From an uncultured Bacilli bacterium (GTDB lineage Bacteria > Bacillota_I > Bacilli_A > RF39 > UBA660): a stretch of DNA of 44,564 nucleotides. A program made the translations under genes and the position numbers. Each line of letters begins with the position of its first letter. The stretch's first letter is position 1. Below the pieces are notes generated by a model. That model saw only the letters and a list, made by a program, of their open reading frames with translations. It was not told the DNA's origin and made no database searches. Shown in pieces: positions 18,687 through 30,400 of the stretch. The stretch is from contig CALVIR010000006.1 of the NCBI GenBank assembly GCA_944331915.1, positions 1 to 44,564 on the forward strand. The letters run 5' to 3'.

Positions 18687-19759
18687 GACAATTAATCGCT
18701 TTTCCCCAGATGGGAAATTACTTTCATCCGTTTAGAAAGTTAATTACTAATACTACCCATTTAAAAGTAATAGAGATGCCTAGAATTACAAAAGAAACAA
18801 TTACCTTAGGAACTAAGAATAGTCCTGACACCGTATGTATTCCGTTTAAATATAATTTAGGAAACTTTATTGAAGCTTTAAATAAAGGCGCAACTATTCT
18901 CTTTCAAGCAGGAGGTGGTTGTAGATATCGTTATTATGCTGAGGTTCAAGAGACAATTCTAAAAGATATGGGATATGATTTTACAATGTATCAAATCTTT
19001 GAAAGAGATCATGTTAGATTTAAGGAAGCATATAATACGATGTTAAAGCTTAATCCCTACTTAACAAGACGAAAATTAATTAAAGAAGCATTAAGTGCTC
19101 TTTTATACATATATTATTTAGATAAAATTGATATTTATATTAGAAAAAAAGTGGGATTTGAAAAAGAAAAAGACAGTTTTAAAAAGATTAAAGATGAATT
19201 TATTAAAAAAGCGAATAAAGAAAATAGTATCGTTAAACTAGCAATTCTTTATAAAAAGACAAAAAGAAAATTACGACAAGTAAAAATAGATAAACCAAAG
19301 AATTGTTTAAAAGTAGGAATTATTGGTGAACTTTATACCTCGATGGAACCATTCGCTAATTATGAACTTGAAAAGTTACTAGCATCATATAATATTGAAA
19401 TAAAAAGATTTACAAACTTAAGTTATTTATTGTGGCAAAAAAAATTAAAGGAAAAGTATATGAAATTTAAAATTAGAAAATATTGTAAATATACTTTAGG
19501 AGCAGATGGTTTAGATAATGTTTATCGTGTTTACTATTTAAAGAAACATAAATATGATGGAATTATTCATATTAAACCAACGGGATGCACCCCAGAAATA
19601 GGAGCTATGCCAATTATTATGAATATTGCTAAAGATAATGATATGCCAATTATTTTCTTATCCTTTGATGAACAAACAGGAACGGAAGGATTAAATACAA
19701 GAATTGAAGCATTTTATGACTTATTAAAAATTAAAAAGGAGGCCGATAAAAATGCGTGA
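18683..19759 (+). CDS. 2-hydroxyacyl-CoA dehydratase family protein
   Basis: SPDTVCIPFK, GCRYRYY, VGIIGELY, P.GCTPE, TRIEAF. Confidence 0.8.
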   Translation: MRQLIAFPQMGNYFHPFRKLITNTTHLKVIEMPRITKETITLGTKNSPDTVCIPFKYNLGNFIEALNKGATILFQAGGGCRYRYYAEVQETILKDMGYDFTMYQIFERDHVRFKEAYNTMLKLNPYLTRRKLIKEALSALLYIYYLDKIDIYIRKKVGFEKEKDSFKKIKDEFIKKANKENSIVKLAILYKKTKRKLRQVKIDKPKNCLKVGIIGELYTSMEPFANYELEKLLASYNIEIKRFTNLSYLLWQKKLKEKYMKFKIRKYCKYTLGADGLDNVYRVYYLKKHKYDGIIHIKPTGCTPEIGAMPIIMNIAKDNDMPIIFLSFDEQTGTEGLNTRIEAFYDLLKIKKEADKNA

Positions 19760-20705
19760 AGCCTATCTTGGAATTGATATAGGATCTATTTCAACTAAAG
19801 GTGTAGTTATTGATAAAGATAATAATATTTTAGCAAGTAGTTATCTATGGACTGAAGGAGATCCCATTAAAGCTGTGAAAAAGGTTTTAAAAGAATTAGA
19901 AGAAAGTTTAGATGATGATATCAAAATTGTGGCCATAGGAACAACAGGATCAGCACGAAAATTAATTGGAACTATGTTAGGTGCAGTCAGTATTAAAAAT
20001 GAAATTACTGCTCATGCGATTGGAACCTTATCAAGACATAATGATGTTAGAACAATTTTAGAAATTGGAGGACAAGACTCTAAGATTATTTTACTAGATA
20101 ATGGTATCGTTACTGACTATGCCATGAATACTCTTTGTGCTGCTGGTACTGGTAGTTTTTTATCTAGTCAAGCTAAAAGACTTGGTATTGCGGTTGAAGA
20201 CTTTGGTCCTATCGCTTTAACGAGTAAAAATCCTACTACAATTGCTGCTAGATGTACAGTTTTTGCCGAAAGTGATTTAGTTCATAAAATCCAAATGGGA
20301 TATAAGAAAGAAGATATTATTGCCGGTCTTTGTTATAGTGTCGCTAGTAATTATTTAAATAACGTTGGAAAAGGCAAGAAAATAGTTGGTCCCATTATCT
20401 TTCAAGGCGGTGTTTCTAAAAATGTTGGTGTAAAAAAAGCCTTTGAAGATTTATTACATGAAGATGTCATTGTTGATGAAGATGGCCATTTAATGGGAGC
20501 ATTAGGTAGTGCTATCTTAGCTAGAAAACAAGGTATAAAACAAGAATTTAATTTTAAAGTTAAAGATGCTAAATTTGAAACAACCGGTTTAATGTGTGAT
20601 AATTGTCCAAATCACTGTGAGGTAATTATTGTTAAAAAAGATAATAAAATTTTAGATACTTGGGGCAATAGATGCCCTAGAGGTTTAGAAAAAATAAAAG
20701 AGTAA
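19752..20705 (+). CDS. Acyl-CoA dehydratase activase (BadF/BadG/BcrA/BcrD ATPase)
   Basis: GIDIGSISTK, EIGGQDSK, CAAGTGSF, RCTVFAES, C-terminal CxxCxxxC. Confidence 0.9.
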   Translation: MREAYLGIDIGSISTKGVVIDKDNNILASSYLWTEGDPIKAVKKVLKELEESLDDDIKIVAIGTTGSARKLIGTMLGAVSIKNEITAHAIGTLSRHNDVRTILEIGGQDSKIILLDNGIVTDYAMNTLCAAGTGSFLSSQAKRLGIAVEDFGPIALTSKNPTTIAARCTVFAESDLVHKIQMGYKKEDIIAGLCYSVASNYLNNVGKGKKIVGPIIFQGGVSKNVGVKKAFEDLLHEDVIVDEDGHLMGALGSAILARKQGIKQEFNFKVKDAKFETTGLMCDNCPNHCEVIIVKKDNKILDTWGNRCPRGLEKIKE

Positions 20706-20718
20706 CACAAAAAATTTA

Positions 20719-21486
20719 TTACTCTTTTACTCTTGAGATAAACGTATATAAGCCATCACTATCAATGTTAAAGGTATAAACATAATTAGTAGTCTCTAAT
20801 AACTCATTAGTATTATTTTGATAATTATTAACCTCTTCATAAAGTAATATTGTCTTATCACTTTTTAAAGCTCTAGTAAGATGACTAACTAAATAAGAAC
20901 TACTTGTCCCTCCACCTTCCGTTATATAAGAAATATAACCATCAAGATCAGCATTATAGACATAGTACATAACGTTATGAATATCAGTTCTAATAGGGAT
21001 ACTTTTATCAATTGTCTCTTCATTACCAAATAAATCACGATAAGCAAGCTCTAACTTTTCATAAGGGATAAAAGAAACTACTAAAGAATTACTAGTAGTA
21101 TTAAGATTATATTGATAAGAAAAGCCTTCAATCATAGTTGTAACTGGTAAATTAACAGTACTAACCATTTCAAAGTCATCATTTTTTAAATTAAAATACG
21201 CTAAAGTAAGTTTACTCTCTAAAGAAGCGGTACTAACATTATAGTTATCACTTTCATACATAAAATACTTATATGCGGTATTATCATTTAAAATAACTTT
21301 ATCATATAAAGACTTAACTAACCTACTATTAATATCTAACTCTTCTACATTTATATTATTATCAGTCTCTTCATCACTAACAGTCTCTATAACAAAAAAT
21401 TCATTATAACCTATATAAATAGCTCCTACTAAAGTAGTTAGAAAAAAAATAACTACTAATATACTTAAAGTTTTATTCTGCTGCAT
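20719..21486 (-). CDS. Hypothetical membrane-anchored extracellular protein
   Basis: N-terminal hydrophobic helix, acidic body. Confidence 0.7.
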   Translation of the reverse strand: MQQNKTLSILVVIFFLTTLVGAIYIGYNEFFVIETVSDEETDNNINVEELDINSRLVKSLYDKVILNDNTAYKYFMYESDNYNVSTASLESKLTLAYFNLKNDDFEMVSTVNLPVTTMIEGFSYQYNLNTTSNSLVVSFIPYEKLELAYRDLFGNEETIDKSIPIRTDIHNVMYYVYNADLDGYISYITEGGGTSSSYLVSHLTRALKSDKTILLYEEVNNYQNNTNELLETTNYVYTFNIDSDGLYTFISRVKE

Positions 21487-21596
21487 CCTCTACTCTCCCT
21501 TGCAGAATAGATTATAACATGTTCAGAGTTATATAGTCAGAAAAAGACATATTGTTAAGATATGTCTATAGTTAGCAAAAGAAGACAAAACATCTT

Positions 21597-23186
21597 CTAT
21601 TTTGATTTTTGATCATAGTATTCATCAAAAGTTAATCTACGGTCAATAATTGAACCATCATCTAATATTTCAATAACTCTATTACAAACTGTTTGATTTA
21701 ATTCATGATCACGACTTGTTAAAATAAGTTCCCCACCAAAGTTTTCTAAACCTTTATTTAATGAGGTAATACTTTCTAGATCTAAATGGTTAGTAGGTTC
21801 ATCTAATAGTAGAAAATTAGGTTCTTCTAACATTAATAGACTTAACATAAGGCGAGCCTTTTCCCCTCCTGATAAAACTTTAACATTTTTAAAAACATCT
21901 TCACCTGAAAATAACATTCGCCCAAGAAAGCTTCGTAGATGAGTTTCATCATCAACCTTATAAAACTTAGAAAGCCATTCCATAATATTTTCATCATCTA
22001 AAAAGTAATTACTATTATCTTGAGGTAAATATCCTAAAGAAATTGTTTTTCCAAAGTTAATCTCCCCTTTATCATATTTAGTTATCCCTGCTAAGATATT
22101 AAAAAGTGTTGTTTTTGCTAAATCATTATTAGATATAAGAGCAATCTTATCTCCTTTTAACACCGTAAAAGATATTTTATCAAGAATCTTTTTACCATCT
22201 ACCTCTTTAACTAAATTAGTTACTTTAAGAATCTCTTTCCCAATTGGTTTTGTAATTTTAAAGTCAATAAAAGGATATTTTCTTGAAGAAGGTACAATCT
22301 CTTCAAGTTCAATTTTCTCTAACATTTTCTTTCTAGATGTTGCTTGCTTACTTTTAGAAGCATTAGCACTAAATCTAGCGATAAACTCTTGCAACTCTTT
22401 AATCTTCTCTTCTTTCTTTTTATTAGCATCTTTCATTTGTTTTAGCGCAAGGAGACTAGATTGATACCAAAAGTCATAGTTACCAACATATATTTTCATT
22501 TTACCATAATCAATATCAACAATATGGGTACAGACTTTATTTAAGAAATGTCTATCATGGCTAACAACAATAACCGTATTAGAATAGTTAATTAAAAATT
22601 CTTCTAACCAACTTATCGCTTCAAGGTCTAAACTGTTAGTAGGTTCATCTAGTAATAGGATATCAGGATTACCAAATAAGGCAGAAGCTAGTAGGACTTT
22701 TACTCTTAGTTTAACGGGAATATCTTTCATATCTTTATCAAAGTACTTATCACTAACTCCTAAATTAGTAAGTAAAATAGAAGCATCACTTTCAGCATTC
22801 CAACCATCCATATCAAGAAATTCTGCTTCAAGATCAGCTAGACGATATCCATCTTCCTCAGTAAATTCAGTATGAGAATAAAGTTCTTCTTTCTCTTTCA
22901 TTATTTTATATAGTTTCTCATTTCCCATAATAACAACATCTAAAACTCTAATATCATCATACTCATAGTGATCTTGTTTTAAAATGGAAACTCGTTCCCC
23001 TTTACTAATCGTAATATCTCCTGTTGTTGTTTCAATCTCTCCTGTAAGTAACTTTAAAAATGTACTCTTTCCGGCACCATTCGCACCAATAATACCATAG
23101 CAGTTACCATTTGTGAATTTTAGATTAACATTTTCAAAAAGCGTTCTTTTACCAAATTTTAAACTTACATTATTTACTTGTAACAT
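21597..23186 (-). CDS. ABC-F family ATPase (YbiT/YkpA-like)
   Basis: Two ABC domains (GANGAGKST, LDEPTN twice), linker FSANASKSKQATSRKK, no TM domain. Confidence 0.9.
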   Translation of the reverse strand: MLQVNNVSLKFGKRTLFENVNLKFTNGNCYGIIGANGAGKSTFLKLLTGEIETTTGDITISKGERVSILKQDHYEYDDIRVLDVVIMGNEKLYKIMKEKEELYSHTEFTEEDGYRLADLEAEFLDMDGWNAESDASILLTNLGVSDKYFDKDMKDIPVKLRVKVLLASALFGNPDILLLDEPTNSLDLEAISWLEEFLINYSNTVIVVSHDRHFLNKVCTHIVDIDYGKMKIYVGNYDFWYQSSLLALKQMKDANKKKEEKIKELQEFIARFSANASKSKQATSRKKMLEKIELEEIVPSSRKYPFIDFKITKPIGKEILKVTNLVKEVDGKKILDKISFTVLKGDKIALISNNDLAKTTLFNILAGITKYDKGEINFGKTISLGYLPQDNSNYFLDDENIMEWLSKFYKVDDETHLRSFLGRMLFSGEDVFKNVKVLSGGEKARLMLSLLMLEEPNFLLLDEPTNHLDLESITSLNKGLENFGGELILTSRDHELNQTVCNRVIEILDDGSIIDRRLTFDEYYDQKSK

Positions 23187-23240
23187 TATACCACCTCACA
23201 AAACAATTAAATTTTAACAAAAAGCAAAAGAAAAAGAAAG

Positions 23241-23888
23241 TTATTTTAAGACTTTCTGATAACCAATTGAGGCTTCCATTGGATAGGCTTCAAAAGCTTT
23301 AGAATGTTCTACTAAGCCCACTAATTTATAAAACTTTTTACATTCTAAGTTATCTGATATAAAGAAATGATTTAACATCTTGTGACCATGTTCTTGATGA
23401 AAGCTTTGACCAACTGTACTAGATAAATCTTTTAGACCAAACTTTTCACAAAATCGAGTTATATTTATCCCTTCAGGAAATCTTCCTGCTACAATTCTTG
23501 ATCTTATATAGTAAGGAGAATCTTTATCACTATATTCACTAGTCATGTCCACAAATCTTTTAAAATCTGTAAGTTGTTTGCAATTAGTATTCATAATTGA
23601 TAAAGGTCTATTACCATAATAAATAACTATATTATTTTGTAAAGCGCTCCCCAATGAATTTGCCCGAAAACTCTTGCAGTCTTTACTTATTAATGTTACT
23701 AACTTATTATTGTCATTAATAGCATTATAGTTAGAATCATCAAAATTAAAACTAATATTATTTCCTTGTAACAAGATAATATCATAATCTTCTTCTAATT
23801 TTTCTCTTAAAATCTCTTTTTTCTTTTTGTCTTTAATAGGAATAAAGCCTGTTCCTAGGTTCATACTAAGTATTTTTAAATTTTTCAT
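23241..23888 (-). CDS. Endonuclease/exonuclease/phosphatase (EEP)-fold protein, degenerate
   Basis: LKILSMNL, DIILLQG, IVAGRF, LNHFFIS and AYPM align by eye with EEP motifs but with altered catalytic residues. Confidence 0.55.
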   Translation of the reverse strand: MKNLKILSMNLGTGFIPIKDKKKKEILREKLEEDYDIILLQGNNISFNFDDSNYNAINDNNKLVTLISKDCKSFRANSLGSALQNNIVIYYGNRPLSIMNTNCKQLTDFKRFVDMTSEYSDKDSPYYIRSRIVAGRFPEGINITRFCEKFGLKDLSSTVGQSFHQEHGHKMLNHFFISDNLECKKFYKLVGLVEHSKAFEAYPMEASIGYQKVLK

Positions 23889-23930
23889 AATTTTCCTCCA
23901 AATGTTCTTTTATTATAATACAAATAATAT

Positions 23931-26543
23931 CTAAACACAACCAAGTTTGCCTTTTCTCTTTAAATAAAGTTTCCTTAGAAATTCTATAGGGATAACTGAA
24001 AAGGCACAGAAAAGCATTATATCTATTTCTTTTAAACTTAAAGATGTCGTTCTAAAGACATTACCTCCATAGTAGATTAAAAGTATTTGAATAACCCCAA
24101 TTAAGATAATGATGAAAAGAAAGACTTTATTACTTTTTAAATTGGCAAAGATATTTAAACGACTGGTTCTTGCGTTAAAACTATTGAAGATAGTCATGAA
24201 GATAAAAAGTCCAAAAAAGGCACTCATGAAATAAATATCATCTTTACCATTTCTAAAGAAGGAATGAATAAAGGGACTTTTTAAGAAAAAGATACAAAGA
24301 CTAAACGAATAGATACTCATAAAAATTATTTCATGAATCATATATGAGTTAAGAATCTTTTCATCACGTTTTTTAGGTGGTTCTTCCATATATTCTTCTA
24401 ATGGTGCTTCATAAGAGAAAGCGATACCTGCTAAAGTATCCATAACCATATTAACCCAAAGCATTTGAATAACAGTTACAGGGTTAGCAACACCGATAAA
24501 AGGACCAATAATAGAAAGAAAAACTGCACAGAAATTTACTGTTAATTGAAAGATAATAAATTTGCGGATACTTTTAAAGATTGTTCGGCCATAAAGAATA
24601 GCTTTAACAATTGAATTAAAATTATTATCTAACAAAATTATATCACTAGCTTCTTTGGCCACCTCTGTTCCACTTCCCATGGCAAAGCCAACATCACACT
24701 TTTTTAAAGCGGGAGCATCATTAACCCCATCACCAGTCATTCCCACCACTAGAGCTAATTCTTGACTAATTCTTACTAATCTACTTTTATCAGTAGGTAA
24801 AGCTCTGGCGACAACTTTAATATTATTAATTTTTGTTTTAAGTTCCGCATCTGTTAAATTCTCTAATTCTTTACTTGTTAAAATAATATCTTTATCTGAC
24901 TTTATAATACCGGCATCTTTTGCAATCGCAGCAGCTGTTTTTTTATTATCTCCTGTAATCATTACAACCTTTATACCTGCATTTTGAACTAAAGAAACAC
25001 CCTTTTTAACCTCTTCTCTTAGTTCATCCTTAATAAATAGTAAAGCTAGAAAAATAAAGTCATTATCTTCTTTTTTAGCTAACATAATAACTCTAATCCC
25101 ACAACTTGCATAATCATCTATTACTTTTAAAATTTTGCTCTTATCTACAAAAGTTATTTTTCTACCATTAGGTAATAAATAGTACTTACATTTATCAAGT
25201 AATATCTCAGGAGCTCCTTTATAATAAGTTACCTCTTTATTATTTTCTAAAACTTTTGTATATGAATATTTATTCTTACTATCAAAAGGAACCTCTTTTA
25301 ATTTTTTTACTGACAAATTAGTTGGTCCTACAAAATTAACTGTCGCTTTATCAGTTGCATTACCACCAAGATAAACTTTTTTAATCTCATCATATTTACA
25401 ACTAGTGTTAGAAATAATTGCTCTAGATACGTTATCATAATAAGTACCATGTCTTTTAAGACTATCTTTATCTTTATAGTAATCTAAATTACCAAATAAA
25501 ATTCCCGTTACTGTTAGTTCTCCTTTTGTTAAAGTTCCAGTTTTATCAGTAAAAAGAATATTTAAGCTTCCTGCTGTTTCAATACCCATTAATTTTCTTA
25601 CTAAAACATTATCTTTAAGCATTCGTTTCATATTACTAGATAATACTAATGTAATCATCATCGGTAAACCTTCGGGAACAGAAACAACAATAATGGTAAC
25701 AGCAAGAGTTAAAGCATGGATAAGATAAGCGAATAATAAAGAGGTATCATTAAGAGTGTTTAGTATATTTGTAATGTCAAAGTTATTATTAATGATAATC
25801 ATCTTAAAAAGATAAGAAAAGGCGACTAAAAAAGCTCCACAATAACCTATTTTACTAATTACTTTAGCTAGATCTCTAAGTCGCAATTTTAAGGGACTTT
25901 CTGGTTGTTTCTCTTGTAATTCTAATGATATTTTTCCATAAAAAGTATTAACCCCTACTTTTGTTACCACCATCTCGCCAACCCCATGATAAATAACACT
26001 ACCTCGCAATAGTTCATTATTATTACTAGGATTAATTCCCTTAGTAAAAGGAGTTTTATATATTTCTTTACTTTCACCTGTAATTGAGGCTTCATCTACA
26101 GTTAATTCCCCTTTTATTAAAATACCATCAGCAGCAATTTTATCTCCTGAGTCTAAAATAATAATATCTGATACGACCACCTCATCGACATTTATTAAAC
26201 TAACTTTACCATCTCTTCTAACTTTAACTTTAGTTTTACTCGCTTCATTTTGTAATTTTAGAAAAGCTTTTTCACTCCCATACTCTGAAATAGTAGAAAT
26301 AAATGTTGCTAAGAAAACAGCAATTAATATTCCTATTGTTTCATACCAATCAAAATCTTGAATTAAAAAGATAGTTTTAATACCTAGAGCAATTAATAAA
26401 ATCTTAATAATTGGATCTCCTAAACTCCTTATTAAAGACTTAAAAAAACTATCTTTTTTTACTTTTACTAAAGCATTGCTTCCATATTTTTCTCTTGATT
26501 TTACTACCTCATCTTTACTAAGACCATTAGTATTATATTTCAT
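23931..26543 (-). CDS. Calcium-translocating P-type ATPase
   Basis: TGES, VPEGL, DKTGTLT, KGAPE, MITGD, TGDGVNDAPAL. Confidence 0.93.
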   Translation of the reverse strand: MKYNTNGLSKDEVVKSREKYGSNALVKVKKDSFFKSLIRSLGDPIIKILLIALGIKTIFLIQDFDWYETIGILIAVFLATFISTISEYGSEKAFLKLQNEASKTKVKVRRDGKVSLINVDEVVVSDIIILDSGDKIAADGILIKGELTVDEASITGESKEIYKTPFTKGINPSNNNELLRGSVIYHGVGEMVVTKVGVNTFYGKISLELQEKQPESPLKLRLRDLAKVISKIGYCGAFLVAFSYLFKMIIINNNFDITNILNTLNDTSLLFAYLIHALTLAVTIIVVSVPEGLPMMITLVLSSNMKRMLKDNVLVRKLMGIETAGSLNILFTDKTGTLTKGELTVTGILFGNLDYYKDKDSLKRHGTYYDNVSRAIISNTSCKYDEIKKVYLGGNATDKATVNFVGPTNLSVKKLKEVPFDSKNKYSYTKVLENNKEVTYYKGAPEILLDKCKYYLLPNGRKITFVDKSKILKVIDDYASCGIRVIMLAKKEDNDFIFLALLFIKDELREEVKKGVSLVQNAGIKVVMITGDNKKTAAAIAKDAGIIKSDKDIILTSKELENLTDAELKTKINNIKVVARALPTDKSRLVRISQELALVVGMTGDGVNDAPALKKCDVGFAMGSGTEVAKEASDIILLDNNFNSIVKAILYGRTIFKSIRKFIIFQLTVNFCAVFLSIIGPFIGVANPVTVIQMLWVNMVMDTLAGIAFSYEAPLEEYMEEPPKKRDEKILNSYMIHEIIFMSIYSFSLCIFFLKSPFIHSFFRNGKDDIYFMSAFFGLFIFMTIFNSFNARTSRLNIFANLKSNKVFLFIIILIGVIQILLIYYGGNVFRTTSLSLKEIDIMLFCAFSVIPIEFLRKLYLKRKGKLGCV

Positions 26544-26616
26544 CGAAGATTCCTCCTAAGAAATAATATGAGAAAAAATCTAAAGATAAACTTATTACAG
26601 AGGAACAAAATACAAC

Positions 26617-26637
26617 AAAAAAAGAGCCGAAGCTCTT
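26617..26637 (-). terminator. Intrinsic terminator
   Basis: AAGAGC-UUCG-GCUCUU plus U-tract directly after the stop codon. Confidence 0.75.
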
Positions 26638-27385
26638 AATTATTTCTTATTAAATCAATATAATAATTTACTTTACTAGCCCAAGTAGTACTAGCTGCAT
26701 ACTTTGGACCAATTGTTTCTACAGTATTTAAACCTACAGCATAATAATTACGATATAAGTTATCTAAATAACCTATAATACCTTCATCTAAAGTAGGATA
26801 TGCTTTATAAGAACCTCCTCCACATGAAGGTCCACCTTTTTGACCACCAACATTATTACATTCTCTGACTAACGTACTACAAGTACCATTACATCCCGTT
26901 TCATGTAACATAATAGCAGTCGCTAAGTAAGGATCAACTCCTAGTTCTAAGGAATAACTAGCAATTAAATAACCTTTACCTGCTAAAGTGGATTTTAATG
27001 ATCTATCTAACTTTTCAGCTAACTGATTTAAGGTCATATTATCATAAACAATTGGTTCAACAGGAACCGTTGATATTTCTTCATAAGTCTTAACATCTTC
27101 TAACTCTTCTGTTATTTCTACCTCTTCAACCACATCTGTTACCTCACTCGTTGTATCAACTGTATCATTAGTTTCGGTATTTTCATTTTCGTTCTTATCT
27201 TCTAAAACATTATTATTTATTTCCTCAACATGACCAGTATTTACATCTTGCATAGATATTTTAAGAGTAGAATTATTATTATTGTTTTCTAATTTAAAGG
27301 CATGATACTGTAAAATTCCAGCTAAACTTATCATAAATACTCCTAAAGAAGCAAGTAATAAGCTCAGCTTACTAACTTTTTTCAT
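26636..27385 (-). CDS. Membrane-anchored glucosaminidase/lysozyme-like cell wall hydrolase
   Basis: GVDPYLATAIMLHETG, NNVGG, KYA...WASKV. Start ATG 27385 with GGAGG RBS. Confidence 0.8.
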   Translation of the reverse strand: MKKVSKLSLLLASLGVFMISLAGILQYHAFKLENNNNNSTLKISMQDVNTGHVEEINNNVLEDKNENENTETNDTVDTTSEVTDVVEEVEITEELEDVKTYEEISTVPVEPIVYDNMTLNQLAEKLDRSLKSTLAGKGYLIASYSLELGVDPYLATAIMLHETGCNGTCSTLVRECNNVGGQKGGPSCGGGSYKAYPTLDEGIIGYLDNLYRNYYAVGLNTVETIGPKYAASTTWASKVNYYIDLIRNN

Positions 27386-27484
27386 AGTTCCTCCTTCACA
27401 TAAGAACAATAAAATTGTATCAAAAAAACTGTCACTTGTCAAATTTGACAGTCTTTCTGTTATATTATATGCATTTTTTATTTT

Positions 27485-30400
27485 TTATCTTGACAATACG
27501 GAACTTTTTCTTCGACTAATAATAACCAAAGTGCCTCCTACCATAATAATAAGTCCCCCAATTATATAAACAGCATTTGAATTACTACTAGTATTAGGTA
27601 CATCAATTGGTTTACTATTAAACATTGTCTCTGTTTGAATATCACCAGTCTCTAAGACTCTAAAATCTACTGTTGCTGTATTAACAACATAGCCATCAGG
27701 AGCATTTATTTCTTTAAGAGTATAATAACCAATTGGTAATCTTTCTATATAATGTGGTGTATCAGTAGAGGTCCATTCTTCCACTATCTCACCTTTATCA
27801 TTATATATTATTAACTGAGCCCCTGGTAATTCCTCACTATTAGCCATATCTTTTTTACTAATCATTACTTTAGTATAGTCATTAACAAAATTAACCACAG
27901 TAACATTATTATCATCAGTAATACTAAAGTATAAAGGATTATTATTAACAACAAGTCCCTCTTTCGCTTCTAATTGTCTTAAAACATAATCTCCATTATT
28001 TAAAGGATCACTAACATATTTTTCATTAGTTGTTGTAAACTCTGTTACCTCTTCTCCATCTCTAGTTTCAATTCTAAATTTAAAGCCTTCTTCTGCTTCT
28101 ATTTCTACTCTTTTATTATTAATAACTACTTTTAAAACATCATTTACAATATTAACAGTTTGCATTTCTCCAGTTTCTTCTAATTCAAAAGTAATTTTAG
28201 AATTAGATAAAACATATCCTGCTGGAGCTTCTATTTCTTCTAACTGATAAGTACCTGCTGCTAGTCTTTTAATTATATGAGGACTATCAGTTGTTACAAA
28301 GGTAATTGGTTCCATTGTTCCATCTACCCTAGATAATTTTAAAGTAGCTCCACTAATATACTCCCCAGTACCAGCATCTATTTTACCTAAAGAAACCTCA
28401 GTTGGTTTATTTTCAAGAGTAATTTCATAGTTATAATTACTAGCATCAACAGTAAATTCATGTAACGATGTATCTAAAATATAACCATCTATAGTCATAG
28501 TCTCTCTTAAGTAATAAGTACCTTCTTCTAATATATTTAAGGTAAGAGGTGTATCACTAGTAACATAATTACCAATTACCTCTTTCTCACTATTTAAAAG
28601 TTCATATCTAATACCTGCAAGAGGCATCTTTGTCTCTGCATCTATTTTATTTAAAGTTATATTAATCTTTTCATTAGGCATATTATAGGTAATAACAGAA
28701 TCTGTATCTTTAATTGTAATTGTCTCTATATGTGTATTTCTAATATAACCAGCAGGTGCTTTAGTCTCTTCTAATTTATAAGTACCACTAGCTAAACCTC
28801 TAATAACATGAGCTTCATTACCACTAGTAAACTCTGCGACTGGTTCTCCAGCACTATTAGTAAGTTTTAACTCTGCTCCTGCCATAAACTTACCATCACT
28901 ATCTACTTTCCCAAGTCTAAGTTCATTTTTCTTATTTTCAAACGTAACATTTATATTTGTTGTTTCATTAGTTACCACAAAGGATACTGGTTCTTCACTT
29001 TTAACATAACCACTAGGTGCTTCTGTTTCTCTAACATAATAAGTACCAGGATCTAATTTAGAGATAGTATAAGGACTCTTACTAGAGGTAAAACTTTCTA
29101 TCACCCTACCACTACTATCAACTATTTCCATTTTAGCTCCAACAACTGCCTCTTTTGTCTCACTATCAATCTTATTAATAGTTATTTGATTTTTACTATT
29201 ATAGAAAGTAATAGTCAAGTTCTCTGTCATTGTATTTGTAATCGTAAAGGTTAATTCTTCACTGCTAAGTGAATAACCACTAGGTGGAGCTATTTCAATA
29301 ACTTTATAATTTCCTACTGCTAAACCTGTAATACGATGTGCTTCCCTACCTGTAACCCATTCATCAACTGTACTATTAGTATCAGTATTAACAAGTCTAA
29401 GTGTCGCTCCTTCTACAAAGTTATTATCACTAGCATCTCTCTTTTCAATAAGAATTTCATTCTTTTTATCAGCATAATCCACAGTAACCCTTGTATGATC
29501 TTTATCTATGGTAAACGTCTTAACCTCATCACTAACTAGATAACCACTAGGTGCAGATATTTCGACTACTTTATATGTTCCTTCTGATAAATTAGGTATT
29601 GCTACATAATCAGTTCCTGTTGTAATAGTTGCCACAGTAGCATTATTATTATCAAGAATTCTAAGCACCGCTCCACTAACAACAGATCCTGTATCACTAT
29701 CTACTTTTCTAATATAAGCTTCAAACCTAGAATTAGTAAGAGTTCTAGAAATATTTAAATTACTACTATCAATCACCACTGTTGTTTCAGCATTATTAAT
29801 ATAGTAACCATTAGGAGCACTTGTTTCTCTAATCTTATATTCACCTGGTAATAAGTTAGAAGTCATATGACTAGTAGTAGTTGTCGTAAAGCTATCAACA
29901 ACTGTATTAGTCGCTACTCTTACAATCTCTATACTAGCTCCTGCTAAAGGACTATTACCATTACTATCGACTTTATTAACAGTAAGGCTTCCTGTCGGCA
30001 TAGTTACACTACTACTTATTGTTTTCTCTTTAGGAGTTGCTGCTAAAGTACCAGATATTGCTTGCTGCATATTACTAGCATCTTCTGCTGGAGGATCATA
30101 ACGATATGCTTCATATTCTGTATAATTTACAACAACACTTATATTAACAGTAATAGGACTACTTATTTTAGCAAGATCAACTCTAAGTTTAAATGGTTGT
30201 CCACTATTTATCGTATTACTACCTATCACATTATTATTACTATCAAGTATTTCCACTGCACTATTATTAACACTAACTTTGTAATTTTGAAAACTTACAT
30301 TAGAATTAACTGTAATATTATCTGTTATTAAATATTTATGATCACTACTCAATTTAAAGTCACTACTACTAATACTAAAACTAGGATTAATGGTAACCGG

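Noticed and set aside
17772-20705. Three-gene activase cluster as a novel pathway
   Set aside because: A common arrangement in anaerobic Firmicutes; nothing unusual visible.
27600-30000. Internal repeats in the adhesin as DGR or recombination cassettes
   Set aside because: Diverged SpaA-like protein repeats without an adenine-specific pattern.
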